NCBI GenBank assembly: GCA_964016885.1
Contig: OZ024742.1
Coordinates: 107,384,001 to 107,448,000, forward strand
Source of the DNA: Eledone cirrhosa
Taxonomy: Eukaryota
Length of the DNA: 64,000 nt
Reading direction: 5' to 3'
This document shows, one piece after another, positions 39,131 to 54,002 of the stretch. The notes under the pieces were generated by a model. It was not told where the DNA came from, made no database searches, and worked only from the letters and a program-made list of their open reading frames with translations. Positions within the stretch are counted from its first letter, which is position 1. Each line of letters opens with the position of its first letter. A program made the translations under genes and the position numbers.

Positions 39131-41099
39131 TAAAGTGTGTATATGTGTGTTAATGTTGTGTTCCTTTATGTTCTAAAACTTAGTTGTTTGACAAATGAAA
39201 ATGAATAGATTGAGATAAGTATTGAAGTTGACATGGTCTAAAACTCTTTAAATCTTAATGTTCTGCACTACATGAAACATCAAGACATTCTCGAAAAGCT
39301 CAAAGTAGCATTATGACCATATCACTTTAAAAATTAAATCTTTACTCTAATATTGCAAATTTTCACAACAATCTGGCCAGAAGTAAAGATACTATAATAA
39401 ACTCATTTTTGAATATTTTTTCCCTTTATCATTACAACCTGCCCTGCACCCCAGTTTCTATGAAATAAAACCACTCTTTTTAAATGATTTGTATTTAAAA
39501 TATAATCTTCCAGCATTATTTATGGCCCTTTATGGTCTGAGTTCAAATCCTGCTGAGTTTAACTTTGCCTTTCATCCTTACGAGGGTCGATAAAATAAAG
39601 TACCAGTAATGCACTGGGATAATTGCTGGACTTGTGCCAAAAGTAGAAATAATTATATAATGATATTCTTAACTACTACTCTAGGTAACATCTATTATAT
39701 TGTATTGACACCAATGTCTTTGGGTCAACCTTAGATTGAAAGTTTCCATCTCAGAATAGACATCTTTCCTTTCAGCTCAGAATACTCTCCACTTTTCTCA
39801 ATTACATTGTCTCACCTATCTCTCTTCATCGTATTTATTGCATCCATTCACTAGTTTGTTACTACGTTCAACTTTTATATTCCCATTTGTAAGAATCCTT
39901 TCACACTTTGTTTTTGTTTTTTTATTACTATAACTTCATTGACTAGGCATTAGCTAAAATGCCTCTATGTGGGTTACGTTGTTGCTGTTTATATAGTGCT
40001 ACTAAATATAAAACAGATTTTGGCAATGTTTCTTAACTGCCCATTTGCTTTGAGACATAGCAATATAATCTGATTTATATAGCATAGGATGGTATGGTAA
40101 GATTGCTGGCTTTCTGAATTACATAACTGTCATTCTATATGTGAGTATACATTTCTGTGTAGGCAGGTCTACTTCTTGTACTGTTAAGGAATCACTACTC
40201 TATTTCAGTAAAACACTGTAGGGGTTTAAACAGTTTCTGACCGTACTTACAATGTCTGCTATAAATAACTATGTATATTGCCAGTCCTGATGTTACTGTT
40301 TGAGTACATAAAAAAAATATCTGAACACTGGCTGCTGTATACTTGAAAGTATAGCTTACTATATTTTATATGGCTTGCTTACATAATACTTTTTTAAATA
40401 TGTAGTATGTGCCAGTTGTTGTTCTTACTAATTCATTAATTTTCAAAAGGCTTTAAAAGTTGTCAGATGAAGTTGTTGGACTGTCAATGAAAGGTCATAA
40501 GTTAGTTCTTTTTTTTTCCAATGGTCAGTGTCGTACACATGCAGAAGTGTGATCAAAGCCAAAGAGGCATCATTGTGTAATGTTAATGCTCGTCAACTAT
40601 TCAACATTTCATGACATGTGTGCACATGTATATATGATGTGAGCCAGTTATCAGATTGGACCAAGCAAACAATATTTTCGATGATTGGTCTTTCCATTAC
40701 TGATACAATATGCTGGTTACAATTCCTGACAGAAAGAGAAACATGAAATAATTTTGCTCAGGAATCAAACACACGTGCGTGCATGTGTGTATGTGAGTGA
40801 GAGAGATAGAGAGAGAGAACATTTTTTGTGTGCGTATATCCAAATTTAAAGAACCATTCAACCAATGACAACACAGAAAAAATAGATGTAAAATATTAAG
40901 AAAAATAGAGAAGATTTTAGCACATATTATCTTTACAGCACTTGAAAAAAATGAGCATTCCCAATTACCATTACTCTCATTTGTGTATTAGTTGTATATA
41001 ATTTTTAGCTATCTAAGGCCAAGAGTACAAATTCTCAGTTATTGATATGAGTTCTTTATCAAGACACTTGATTTGTCTGATTTCAATATGCATGATTTT

Positions 41100-41953
41100 T
41101 AAGGCAGATTGTATGATGCTTGTATACGAACAGCAATGCTACATGGCAGTGAGACATGGGCATTGCGTGCAGAGGACCTGCGTAGACTGGAAAGGAACGA
41201 AGCATGCATGCTCCGTTGGATGTGTAATAGTAACATACGTGAACGGCAAAGCATAAATGAACTAAGTGAGAAATTAGGAATAAGAGGGATCAGATGCTGT
41301 TTACTTGAGAGAAGACTACGTTGGTATGGCCACGTGATGCGCATGAAAGACGACGACAGCTGTATAAAAAAGTGCAGGGCGATCAAAATTGATGGTAGTT
41401 ACGGAGTAGGTAGACCCAGAAAAACCTGGGACGATCTGATAAATTCTGACCTTACACACTTACACCTCTCTAAGACAATGTCACTGGACCGAGATCTTTG
41501 GCGCTACGCAGTAATACAGGAGACCCGCCTTGCCTATGTACAAAGCGAAACCTACAGCCAGTAGGCACCTCTTAACCAAATATACACCCCATTCCACTTA
41601 CCCCTACCCTATCCTCCCACTCCCACCAACACCACTCCCTCTCTATAAAGTTGGTACCACAACATCCAGTCCAAATAAATGAGATAAATGAGATTGAGAT
41701 CGTGTAAGTGTCACGAGAAAAAAAACACACAGTCCACGCTGTAATGTGGCCTTGTAGGTAGCACGGTAAAAAGTTCCCAGTTCCACACTGTAAATGTGGT
41801 TGGTGTTAGAAAGGGCATCCTGCTGTAGAAAACCTGCCAGATAGCCCTATATGAGCGAGACACGGTCACCTGACCAACCTTGCCTCAAGTGGGACAACTC
41901 CCGTCTAACCCATGCTAGCGTGGAAAGTGGACGTTAAACGAGGATGATGATGA
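41100..41953 (+). mobile_element. 5'-truncated RTE-clade LINE (ORF C-terminus, 3' UTR, (GAT)n tail)
   Basis: LYDACIRTAMLHGSETW, RRLRWYGHVMR and GRPRKTW; stop at 41564; ends ...ggacgttaaacgaggatgatgatgat. Confidence 0.9.
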
Positions 41954-42484
41954 TTTTTATATCATAGCTGATTAAATGATGTTAGCATGGCCTTGAAGCT
42001 ATAAAATGTTTCAACATCACTTCAACCTAATGCATGGATTTACACATTTGTCCATTGTACACAAATAAAATGAATATATAATCATCATCATGGTTTTTAT
42101 GTCAGACTTTTCCATGCTTGCATGGGTTGCCTGAGACTTTTTAAGGAAATCTTTTACAGCCGGATGCTTTTCCTGACACTAACCCTTTTAGCCGCTGCTT
42201 ATGACACGCAGGGATAAGGTGTACTGATGCTAAATCAGATAATTCAAATTGATCTATCCAGTTTCTTTAATCCCTTTGACACCAAACTGCCCATCGTTCT
42301 TTTATGTGAGAATCCCTGCTAAATTACATTCCAAACATCAACCCAATAAAGTTATTTTACTATATTCCTTCAAACTCTATCTAACTTTCAGAATCATTAG
42401 TCATAGGCAAGTTAAAAGAAATTCATCCCCAAATATTTTTAATTCTACAACTTTATGAAACATTTCTGGAATTTCCTTTTGAAC

Positions 42485-42703
42485 AACTCTTAATGTCCTG
42501 TACCACATGAAACTACATTAGCAAGATATTTTTGAAAAGTGCAGATTATGCAGCAATATGACTTACATCATATTAAAAATTGTTTTTTCTTCAATACTGT
42601 AAATTTTTACAAGCTGTCCTTTAGTAAGGATATTATGAACATTTGAATTAACAAACCCATTTTTAGATATTTTCTGCTAAATCATTACAGGACATTAAGA
42701 GTT
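42485..42703. mobile_element. MITE with perfect 18-bp TIRs
   Basis: AACTCTTAATGTCCTGTA ... TACAGGACATTAAGAGTT; a second copy lies at ~44962-45396. Confidence 0.8.
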
Positions 42704-42785
42704 ACTTTGTGCAATCTAGGCTCATGATTTTGGATTTGTTGGAAGTATGCAAATATGATTCATCTTTAATACATAAAGGTGAGTC

Positions 42786-42815
42786 CTCACCCAATGTAAT
42801 ATTACATTGGGTGAG
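42786..42815. repeat. Perfect 30-bp palindrome
   Basis: CTCACCCAATGTAAT|ATTACATTGGGTGAG. Confidence 0.95.
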
Positions 42816-43341
42816 CCTTCATCTAATGTAACATTACATGCAAATGCATGGAGTTGGAATATATAGCACAAGGCATTTCAATTCATTCATCACTGATGTT
42901 TCTGTCAATCCACCACATGGTCATTCTTCATTGAGCAGATTTAAGCCATTCTAGATGTGGCCATCCTGTTTTTAGAGGTATCTAAGAACTTAGTAACATG
43001 AATATTTGACTGCTATTTCTAGAAGGTTGATAGGCCACTGAGAGGCTCACTCATTTGTTTGAAAAGTGGATGTTGTAATAGTTGTTCTTGGCAGATAGAA
43101 CTATTGTTTGCAAATCTGAAGGGCCAAAAATACATGTTAAATTATAACTGAACTAAATATTTGTAATTTTACAATATTGTATGCCATGTACTTTATGAAT
43201 TCTTTGTAATGGCTAAAATTATTACCCCCATACTCATAGTATAGCATCATTTAAAATTGTGATTCATTACCTGCTTGATGATCATACCACAAGGTATTTT
43301 ATCTAACACCCTATCTGTTCTGCCATCCAATTTAGTATATA

Positions 43342-43964
43342 CTAGCAGAATGGCCTGGCGTTGCTCGGGATTTGCTCTAGGGTTCTTCTATATTTGATAT
43401 ATATTTATCCTTATCGAGCCTCGTGAAATAAATACGTTTGTTTATATTTTGTTATTGTGTGTGCAAAAATATCTGTACACGAATATATAATTATATATAT
43501 ATTAAAATAACAGATTAAAGTTTAAGCAAAGAATCGCTGCTTTCACCCTTAGCGGGATCTTCTGAAACTAAAAAAAATCAATCTGTGACCGCAGAAGTAA
43601 ATATTTCGAAAAACGTTACACACTATATATATATACACACACTATATATACATACACACACACATACATACACACACACAGCTACGTCATAATGTCGTAA
43701 TGCAGACAGCCAGACATACAGACATATAAGGGCACAATGTTATATCTATGTATCTATCTAAAAAGAGAAAGACTAAGCGTTATAGAGAGAAATCGCTAAA
43801 TCGCCTAATGTGGTCCGTAGGGCATTGAACATTTGAAATTTATTTGCTCAAAACACTCACAGGACCATAAGTATTACATGTGTAAAGTTTGAAAACAATC
43901 GGTTGGGTGGTTCTTGAGTTTTAGGGATCGGACAGACAGACATTCTCTGTTTTAGATATATAGA
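43342..43964 (-). mobile_element. Non-autonomous Helitron
   Basis: Minus strand starts TC(TATATATCTAAAAC) and ends with a GC-rich hairpin (cccgagcaacgccagg) followed by ...CTAG; inserted between A and T, no TSD. Confidence 0.8.
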
Positions 43965-45123
43965 TAAATCCTTTGTTAGCACATTTCTAATGAAAGACAA
44001 TGCTTATAATGTTCAAATACTTTTGAAAATAATCAAGAATTTGGATAAAGTAAAATAACTTTCTCATTATTAAGCTGGTGTTTGGAACATAACTTAGCAA
44101 AAGCTCTAAGATAAAATTATGATGTAAGGCGTATAAAATAAATATAAACACTTTAAAATAAACGGCTCTGTATAATAAAACCAGGGGTTGTTTCAGGCAG
44201 TTTGGCATAGAAGGGTCAAGTGGTGAAAGCTGATGTCAAGATGCTGAATCTCATAACAGATCATTAAAGAACACACAAGTACTGAGATGTTGTGATGGAG
44301 AGCATCTATCCAACTCATGCAAGCATTAAAAATAGATGTAAAAATAAATTATGGGTAAAAGTGTATTAATCCTTTTGATACTAACCTATCCAAAACTGCC
44401 TTTGGTACTATGAAACAAAACCACCCATTTTAAAGGGTTTTTATTTAACCTTCCAACAAAATTTTACCTTTGAGTTCCATTACAATAATGAAATAACTTT
44501 AGCAAATCCCTCTAAATTCTTGAATAACTAATTCAAATGCAGTGTAATTTCAATAGAAATGCAGTAATGAAAGGGTAAATACCAAGTTACCATCTGTCAT
44601 TGTTGATATATTTTCATATCTAAATATTCCATTGTAAATGAGTTATATGAAAGTGTTTCTTAGGTAATCTAATATCTATTCTTTTCATTGACATTTGAAA
44701 TCTTTCTTGAGCCACCTGTTATAAACTTCTGTTTGCCATAGAAACATTTATCTGTTTCCATAAAAGTCACGTAGTAGATTATATAGTAAATTCATTGTAC
44801 TAGATTCTGTGACTAACGTATTGTAATATAAATTCAATAAATGTCCGTTTCAATTGATTCTGATTTCCAACACACTGTATACCTTAGCATGTGTTCCTCA
44901 TGTAGTGTATTGACAACAGTTTATCAATGAAAGTTACAGTTTTATTAAATGTATCACATTGACTCTTAACATCCTGTACTGCATGAAATTGTATTAGTAA
45001 AACATTTTTGAAAAATACAAAATGGCACTACGACTGTATCACATAGATTATTATAGAAGCCTTTTAGTTTACTGCAAATCTTTCCATTGATATATCCACT
45101 AGAAAGATACTATAAACATTTAA

Positions 45124-45334
45124 CCCTTTAATTACCAACCCGACCAAAATTGGCTCTGGTTCTATAAAATAAACTTACCTATTTTAAAGGTTTCCAATTT
45201 AAATTAAAATCTTCCAACATAGTTTTATATAAGAATCTTACATTAAGTTACTATCTTAGTAATGAAATAATAATTTTAGTAAATCCCTAAAAATTCTTTA
45301 TTAATTAATTGAAATAGTGTATTTCATGAAAAAG
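45124..45334. mobile_element. piggyBac-like MITE nested in another MITE
   Basis: TTAA|CCCTTT...AAAG|TTAA; related copy at ~44370-44580. Confidence 0.7.
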
Positions 45335-46536
45335 TTAAATTAACAAACCCATTTTTAGATACTTTCTGCTAAATCATTACTGGATGTTGAGAGTTAATGC
45401 TGTTTTAACTACAAAGTATTAATGAGATAGACTGGAGCTGGAGCTCTTATGGTTTCTTTTAATGCTGTGAAAAACAGAATAGTTATCAGTTTTGTAATTT
45501 GCAAATAATACTAATTTTCCCTTGGATAAGTCATCATAATCATTGTTTGCGACAGTTTTTATATTGTTCGATACTCTTCATGATCTGAACTCATAGGGTA
45601 TACACCATTGAGGTTCAGGAAACCACTGCACAGGGAGACATTTTGTTTATGAAGGATATAAACTATTATTGCTTGCTTTAAACATATGAAGACACACATA
45701 CATGGGTTAATTGTTGGTTCACTGCATTTCTGATAGTGAGTGACAAGAGTCTGCAACATGGGAACAACAAATACCCCACAGGGTATTTTTATTTGAAAGC
45801 ACCAGTTGTTTTGACCCCCACCCCTCCACTGTTTACTTATTTTGCCAATATACATGAATAACATTTATACACATAAACATATAGAATGGGTTTCAGCACA
45901 ATTTCCAAGGCCTTGGTCAACCCGAAGCTATTATAGACATTTACCTAAGGTTCCATGCAGTGGTTACAAAGCTATTTTTTTAATCAGACAACCATAGTAG
46001 AGAAGTAAAATGTGTATCTCGTCCAGACTCGTACAATTTCTGAAGTTTGGCTGGCAGGGAACTTCTAAATTGATTGTTTGTATGTAGTAATGGATGCATG
46101 GAAGAAGTTTGTTTCTCAGTTACAAGAATCTGGGTTTGATCCCACTTTCCTGTGGACTGGACCAAGAGGCATTTCTGAAAAATGGGCAAAAAAACCAAAG
46201 CCCATATATATGCCAAGTCTGCTAATGAACACGTTTAGATTGCGCAGTTTTGAAATTCTCATGAGTGGAAAATATATTTATGAAGTTTTAATATTTTGAT
46301 ATTTAAAATGCTTTAAGTATCGTTGAGAGTATAGTTTTTGTTTCAAACTCCATTATGAAATGATTTTTTTTTACCTATTTCCAACCGTTTTGAAGGCCAT
46401 GTACATTCAAAACACATAAAAAATGAATTTCACCCCAAAGCGAAAATCTTTAACACCTCATTTATGTAGAATTTTGAAGTTGGTGAAAATTGTCAAAATA
46501 TTAACCTTGAATATAAGCCAACCATCATTTTACTAT

Positions 46537-46567
<31 letters not shown>

Positions 46568-48607
46568 GGTCACATATTTCTTGGCTTATAAACGAGTTTA
46601 TACAGTATATCCTAGAAATGAATTAAAATATCACTTATGTTTAATCACTTCCATGTGTCAGTAATCGATATAAACCATAAGGTTTTTTTTTTATGCAAAC
46701 CATCAATTTATCGAAACAAATTTCCAAAATGAATGTGCATATATTTGGTAATCTTGGTATATATGACATAATAATCCTGGATTCAAAAAATTAAATACAT
46801 TCAGTGCTATAGCTGTCATTATTGATGGCACTGGTCCACTAGTTTAAACTATTATGACTTCTTACTGATGATAGGGATTAATTTCATACTGGACTACTTA
46901 GATTCATTATACACAAATCTTCTAATCTTTGCTTCTCTGTAATAGTGAATTTATTTCTATAGTATGAAATGTAATACTGATAAAACACCAAGTAGTTTAA
47001 CTCTATGAGATGTTGATATTAGTTATTTTAAGAACAATACAGTAACATTAATATGAGCAGTCGGTTATAGATGGTTTGAACAGAGAGAGGTGAGAGAATT
47101 CTGGCCAGATACAACCAGTTTAAATACTGAAAGGTTAAAGCCATTTCCCCCACTAAAACAGGGGTTAGCATTGCAGGCCTCATGACAGGTTTCATACTCA
47201 TTATGGAGTCCTTTTTGAATCAGTGTTTTACAACCAGCTGTCTTTCATGGTATCAGTGCTTTACAACATGCAGGAATATTGTGGTGTACCTATTCTAAAC
47301 TGGGCATGTATACAGGCAAAAAATGTACTACTGACAGTTGGGAAAATCATTTTTATACCTAACTTAAGAAAAATTACTCTGATAAACAAATTACAATTTT
47401 GGAACCAGTTTTTCTTTCTTTCAGTTGTGCAACAATGCTGAGATACTTTTTTATGAAATGTCAACATTTTTGTTTTTGTTAATGAATAATCAAAATCCTC
47501 TTTGAATACCCATAATATTTGTTTATACCTGCAATAAGTGTTCGAAGCATTAATGTTTGAAAGTTTCAATTATTAGTATTTTCAGATAGCAATCATTTGG
47601 AATGAGTAAATTATTAATTCAAAGGACTAATTTCTATATATCTGAGGCTATTTGTATATGGCCTTGTAGAGATCAATATGAAACCGAACACTGGTGTTTT
47701 CATTATGCCTATTGACTGTTGTTTCTTTATGTTGGATATTTGTTTTATGTATACTTACTAATCAATAATAGATAGATATTTTTGTTCATTCTGTTTGTGA
47801 CAAGCTGGCAGGCTGGCTTGAATTGTTTTCTGGCTTAGTCGTTAGTAACCTTCCCAAACACATCTCATGAAGGCTCATTTTGATATGAATTCAATGATTA
47901 CATGACTCACTGGAACCACTGAAGTGCTATTCACCCTTTCATTATTGTATTTTTCATGAAATATGCTGTATTTGAATCAATAAATGATTTTACTAAAATT
48001 ATAAATTATTTCCTTAACATATTAAGTTAGGTTAGGTTGAAAATTTGAATTTAAAGAGGAACCCTTTAAAATGAGTTTCTTTTCCATATAACCAGAGGCA
48101 GTTTTTCACAAAAGTTTTTAACTTTAGCTAGATGCACAATCTGGAAACCTATAAAATAAAATGTAGATTTAAAAATGAGAATAAAAACAGCAAAAGTTTT
48201 GTGTGTTATATTACTTACTGATTACAAAATGGCTGCCTTTCCTTCTCAAAATTGTAAGAATAACATATGCTAATACTAAGTGACTAACAAATTATCTTAT
48301 GTCGGCTGGCAAAGATGAGTTTTGTCTGTATTTCAAAGAGCCAGCCTTGTCACACACTATGATACTGATTCGTTCTAGGAACTATTTTAAGGGTACACAT
48401 GTTTATGGAATGATCAACCTCTTGCATGTCAATTTCACAAGCAGATTCTGCTGTTTGAACACTTGAAATACTCATTGGAACTACTAGAGGGCACGCACGT
48501 GTGTGCATATGCGCACACACACACACCCACACACTCACACATGCGCGCACACACACACACACACACACATGCGCATACACACACACACACACACACACAC
48601 ACATGCG

Positions 48608-48638
<31 letters not shown>

Positions 48639-51114
48639 TATCTCTAACCCTGTTATATATTTTCACCCTTTCAAAATGACCTTGTTAATTTTGACAATTT
48701 AATAGCAACCTTTCCTCTTTTATTTGCCACCTTAATTTAAGACTAATGCATTTCCAGTACACTTTTTGCTGTTATTAAAAAGAGTAGTTTTGTTTTATTT
48801 TTCTTTCAATTGTCCAAACTAAAAATGTAATGTTATTGTTTTTTCCCTGTTGCTGTTCATCAAAGTATAGATATGGTTTGTTCATATGTTGATCATTCTT
48901 ATCATGTGTTACTTCTGCAAATTCCAACAATGCATGATTTGTAAGTAGTAGTTGACATAGTTGACAGCCATTTTCAACAGTAAAATAATTGGAGTATCTG
49001 AGCCAATTAGATATACAATGCAATATTAGAAGTTCAATATTTGAATCACTTGGACATTCTTCTTTACAAAAGGATGGACTCAAATTATATGGCAACTCAA
49101 CTATGTAGGTTACTATCAAGCATTTTATTGATTGTGAATTAGTAAACATTTTATAATTATTCTCACTGTACTTGATAGCTGATGTGTAGTGAATTGGCAA
49201 ACTCATTAGAATATCAGATAGAATGCTTTGTAGTATTTATTTCTGCTCAAGTCTCAACATGAGTCAACTTGGTTAACTTTGCCTTTCATCCTTTCAAGGT
49301 TGATAAAAAAACATACCAGTAATTGGGGTTAGTTCTTCCCCTATATCGTTTTCTCAATTCCTTTCTCTCATTCTCTTTCTACTTCTCTACAGAAATGGTT
49401 TCCTTTTCATGTGATCAAACTGTTACTACTTCAGATTGCTTATATAAAATGTTGATCTCATAGCTTGTTGCCTTAAAACTGTTTTTCATTTGCTGTTGTA
49501 ACACAATTCTACACTGTTGGCTAAAAAAGTAGGACAGTTGAATTCTAATTTAGATATAGCTTTTTTTTTTTTTTTTTTTTTAGTTTTCCCTTTCAATGCA
49601 AACTTTGAAATCTTTGTATTTTATGTAACATAGCTGACTTCTTTGAAAATTAGTATTTCAGCTATGTAGCTTAGTAGAGGGCAGGGTCCATATACATTGT
49701 GTGATGGAAACTTAAGTATTTGTTTGTTTGAAAATTGTTGACCTCAACAAAGTTTGATACTAATCTTGGAGTAATTTAAGTAACTTTTGTTTACAATTAT
49801 CTTTCAACGTAAATTTCAGTCTTTACCATCTAGGAAATAGTTATGTTACTAAGTTAAGTTTCTATTTAAAGCCATAACAAACTTCATGCAAATGTCTTGA
49901 ATTTTGTTATTGACTATTAACTTTTAACATACTGGCATGATTTAGCTTAAAATATCTAAAAACAGGTATAATTCAAATGTTTATAGTATCTTTACTAGAG
50001 GGCAGAGCATTGTGAGAATTTGAAGTAAACTAAAAACTGTTTTCATGGGAGGCAGTCATAGGGCTGTTTACAAATTTCACCACTTAAAGCCGAGTCATAA
50101 TTTTAGCACTAGCTTGCTTAAATTATTGCTAGTTGTTTTTAAACGTCTAATGATATAAGGAATATCATTTTTATGGTTAGCTTTTGCAGGGTTGAATAAC
50201 ATTTTATGAACCAGTGTTTTATAGTTGGATATTTTTTTTGACATCAACCCTTTTGTCCACCTTATAACATGCAGGAATATGGTGTAACTATTAAAAAAGA
50301 AGTGGGCACACAGAATTTTAATGTAAAGAAACAAAAATGGAAAGGTCTGCAAGGACTGATCTGTGAAGGTTTGTCAATTTGCAGAGTAGTTTTTTGGAAT
50401 ATAAGATGCAACACACCTTTATTTTTTAGAAAAAAAAATTTGGTTATTTAATGCATACTCAATGTTTTTATTTAAGGTATAAGATACAGGAGGTTTTTGA
50501 CAATCAAATTTTGGGGTAAAAAGTTGTCTTGTACACTAAAAAACAGTTTTTTCGCATTTTAAAATCTTTATTGCTGGTGTGGGTTGTGAATGGTTTTATT
50601 ATCATCATACCATTTTACATCTGTTTTTTTCATGCTGGCATGAGTTAGACAGGTGTGTTCCAACACAGTCTCGCACCACTTTTTGCAGTCCTTACTTTCT
50701 TCTTTGTGAAGTCTGACATTCTGAGATCAACCCTCATCACTTTTTCATGTCTTCTGCAGATCTCTTCCTCTTAAATCAGTTGACACTTATTAACTCATTG
50801 TCATCTTTCATACACATCAATCTGCTTGGTTTGTTGTCACCGATATGATTCTTTCCTATCATCAATTATAGAAATCTGAAACAAGAGTAGTATTTGTTTT
50901 CATCAAAAGAAGCAAGGGCATAGATAACATAACTAGTCTAAATGTTACATTCATAGTGTGTAGCATGAGATCTCTTGCCCTTTATGTCAGTAAGCAAAAC
51001 ATGCTAATCAATTATTTGACAAGTGTCTTAATTGTAATTAAATACTTTAGCTGCCACTGTCAAAGACAATGACACTGTTATTGTCTTGTGAGTGAGTATG
51101 CATTGTGTAGATTA

Positions 51115-51152
51115 ATAGGTCATGATAAGAACAGCGTGTGTGTGTGTATATT

Positions 51153-51202
<50 letters not shown>

Positions 51203-51244
51203 AATATACACACACACACACACGCTGTTCTTATCATGACCTAT
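51115..51244. repeat. ~130-bp near-perfect palindrome centred on (TA)n
   Basis: ataggtcatgataagaacagcg(tg)n tatatttatta (TA)n taataaatata(ca)n cgctgttcttatcatgacctat. Confidence 0.95.
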
Positions 51245-54002
51245 ATATTGTGTGTGTGTGTGTGTGCTTGGTTGTTAAGTGATTATTGATAAAGATAAAC
51301 TGACATCATTTGACAGACTGAATTGTTTCTGAGTCATTCAAAACAAATAAAATTAAGATCTTCTTAGCTATTGTATACATTTTAAATGTTTCTTGATAGA
51401 CTCCGAATGTTTGGGGCTCTAAAATTCTAATCAGGTTATAAATTCAAAACCTGAAAGCATGGGTATTTCAAAGTATCACTAGACCTTACTCTCTTTGATT
51501 TCTGTAAAAAAAAAATATAACTTCCAAGCTAACTGAATGTCAGTGTAGCTAGTTAAGTACTAAATTGTATGTTAGAAGAAGCAAGTTATTGTTTAATCCA
51601 TAGTATTTAATTTGGTTTATTTATGTTATTTTATTGTAATCTATGACAGCAGTTCATTGAACTTCAACAAGATTTATTTTGTCATTGTCATCACAGTAAT
51701 TATCATCCTCATTGTGGTTATTTATTATTACTTTTTGTTATTGTCTTCATTATCATCTTGGTGTTTTTCTAATTAAACTTATTCCTAATATTAATTTTCA
51801 GCAAGTGTTTTAAAGCCCTACTAAGGCAGGGATTTGCCATGCAGACCCAATTGCAATATGCATGTTTAGCATTATATAATTTACTAGGTCATTGAACATT
51901 TAAAAAATCAGCTCATATCTTTGCTTGAACCAGTGCATTTTGTTGCTTAGCCATTCTGAAGACTACATATCGTAGCATTTAAAAAAATATTAATTGCTAC
52001 TACTTTGTTTTGGGCATCTGAAGAGTGGAAGCATTTGCTTTCACAATTCCTGCATTCTCTATGTTTAGAATGATAGTGTCTAGAACCACTATACATGGTT
52101 CATATTTGGACCTACTGATGATATCTTCATAGAATTTCTAGTTATGAATTCTATTGAAAAGTAAGGTTTATACCAAACCACCTGAAAAGGCCCCTGGTTC
52201 TATTATATATAGCTGTTTGAAGTTTGAAATGTAGTCATTCCAATGTAAATGACTAGTATGACCATATTTCAAATTTCCCAATGTTTCTTAAGTCACTTAG
52301 ATATTCACACTTCTAACTGCAAGCTTAAAATCTTCTAAAAGGCAGCAATTAGTTGCCAAGGACTCCTTAGCGTAATGGTTAATGCATTCATCTGAGAGAT
52401 GTGAGGTTTGATTTCCCACAGGTGTCTCTGTTCACTTTTTCTCAATCCCAAGAGCACTTGAATTTCTCAACTGCTATTTGTAGTGATCAGTTATTGTTAT
52501 AGTCATTTATGTTAGACAACATTTCAGATTTTCTGAATGTTTCTTATGTCAACTAGATGTTCTCATAGTTATTTTAAGGTGGTTTATATTTATCTAAAAA
52601 ACTTCCATAATAATTCTGTTAGAACCTTTATTATATTATGCTCCAAACACCAGCTTTATAGTTAAAAAGTTGATTTTCAAAATGATTTGAAAATTATAGG
52701 TAGTGTCTTTCATTAGAAATATGGTAATGATAGGGTTTTTGCCATACCAGAAAAAAAAATGGTATCTATAAAGATTATTTAAAGTTTGTTACCATTATAA
52801 TTGTATATTTCCCATATGAGAGCTGGTCAAAAATCTCTTTTCTCATTAACCATTACTAACAAAAGGAAGGAGAGTGGTCCATGATAAATTGGAACTTATC
52901 CAAGGAGGATTGCTGTTGTTTAACTTTTTGGCATTGGAAGAAATTGTGCGATATGGCATTTAAAAACATAGAATCATAGAATTTGAATTTGAGCACAATA
53001 AGGCAGCAGAATTTATACTTTCTAGTAACAATCATCATCATAACATTTGTTTTCTTTATATTGTTTGGCAGGTGGATTGGCATAATTGTTAGTGTTGGAT
53101 AAAATGCAATTGCAGTATTTGTTCTGACTCTTTATATTCTGAATTCAAAACCTTCCGAGGTTAACTTTGCCTTTCATCATTTTAGAGGCAATAAATAAAA
53201 ACAAAAAAGTACCAGTCAAATATTGGGGTTGAATTAATCAACTTTGCCTTTCTCTCAAAATTTGCTGCTCTTGTGCCAAAACTAGAATACAATATCAGTG
53301 TGAATTATAGCATCTTTTCCTGCATCTTAAAAATCCTCACAAAACTATGTTCAACTTTCTACCCCATTCATCTCAAGTAATTTTTGCTCTCTCTACTTTT
53401 TGTCCATATTATTACAAATCCCGCTGAGGTTAGCTTTGCCTTTCATCCTTTTGGGGTCGATAAAATAAAGTACCAGTAATGCACCGGGGTCGATTTAATT
53501 GATTTTTTCCTCTCTTCCCAAAATTGCTGGCCTTGTACCTATAGTAGAAATCATTATTACAAGTTAGGGTTAGACCTACCCATCATTAACAAATTGGAAA
53601 CTAAATTAGATGGCATACAATAGCAAAAAACACAGACATATTCTTTAAAATTGATTTGTTTAGAATATTAATTGACGTCAGTTTAATAATCATTAGTTGA
53701 AAATTGTAAGAGATTAATCATATTCAATATTATATAGTTGTTTATATGAATATTTTATTTATTATTATTTTTTTCCTTTTAGAGAGTTAACCATTTTTAG
53801 CTCCTTATTTGGCAGAATTGTTAGATAGAATACTTTGCTGTATTTGTTTTGGCTCTCTGTGCTCTGAGTTCAAATCCCCCCCTGAGGTCAAGTTTTCCTT
53901 TCACCTTTTCATGGTCGATAAAAAAATCGATTCTTTCTCTATATCTACCCCCCCCCCCTCTCTCTCTCTAAGAAGAAGAAATTGTGTTCACTGCAGGTTT
54001 AA

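Noticed and set aside
48775-49206. 143-aa minus-strand ORF
   Set aside because: No recognisable domain or convincing splice structure; AT-rich chance ORF.
52361-52430. tRNA gene (similar sequence at ~37060-37125)
   Set aside because: A- and B-box-like motifs are present but no full cloverleaf; a degenerate SINE head is more likely.
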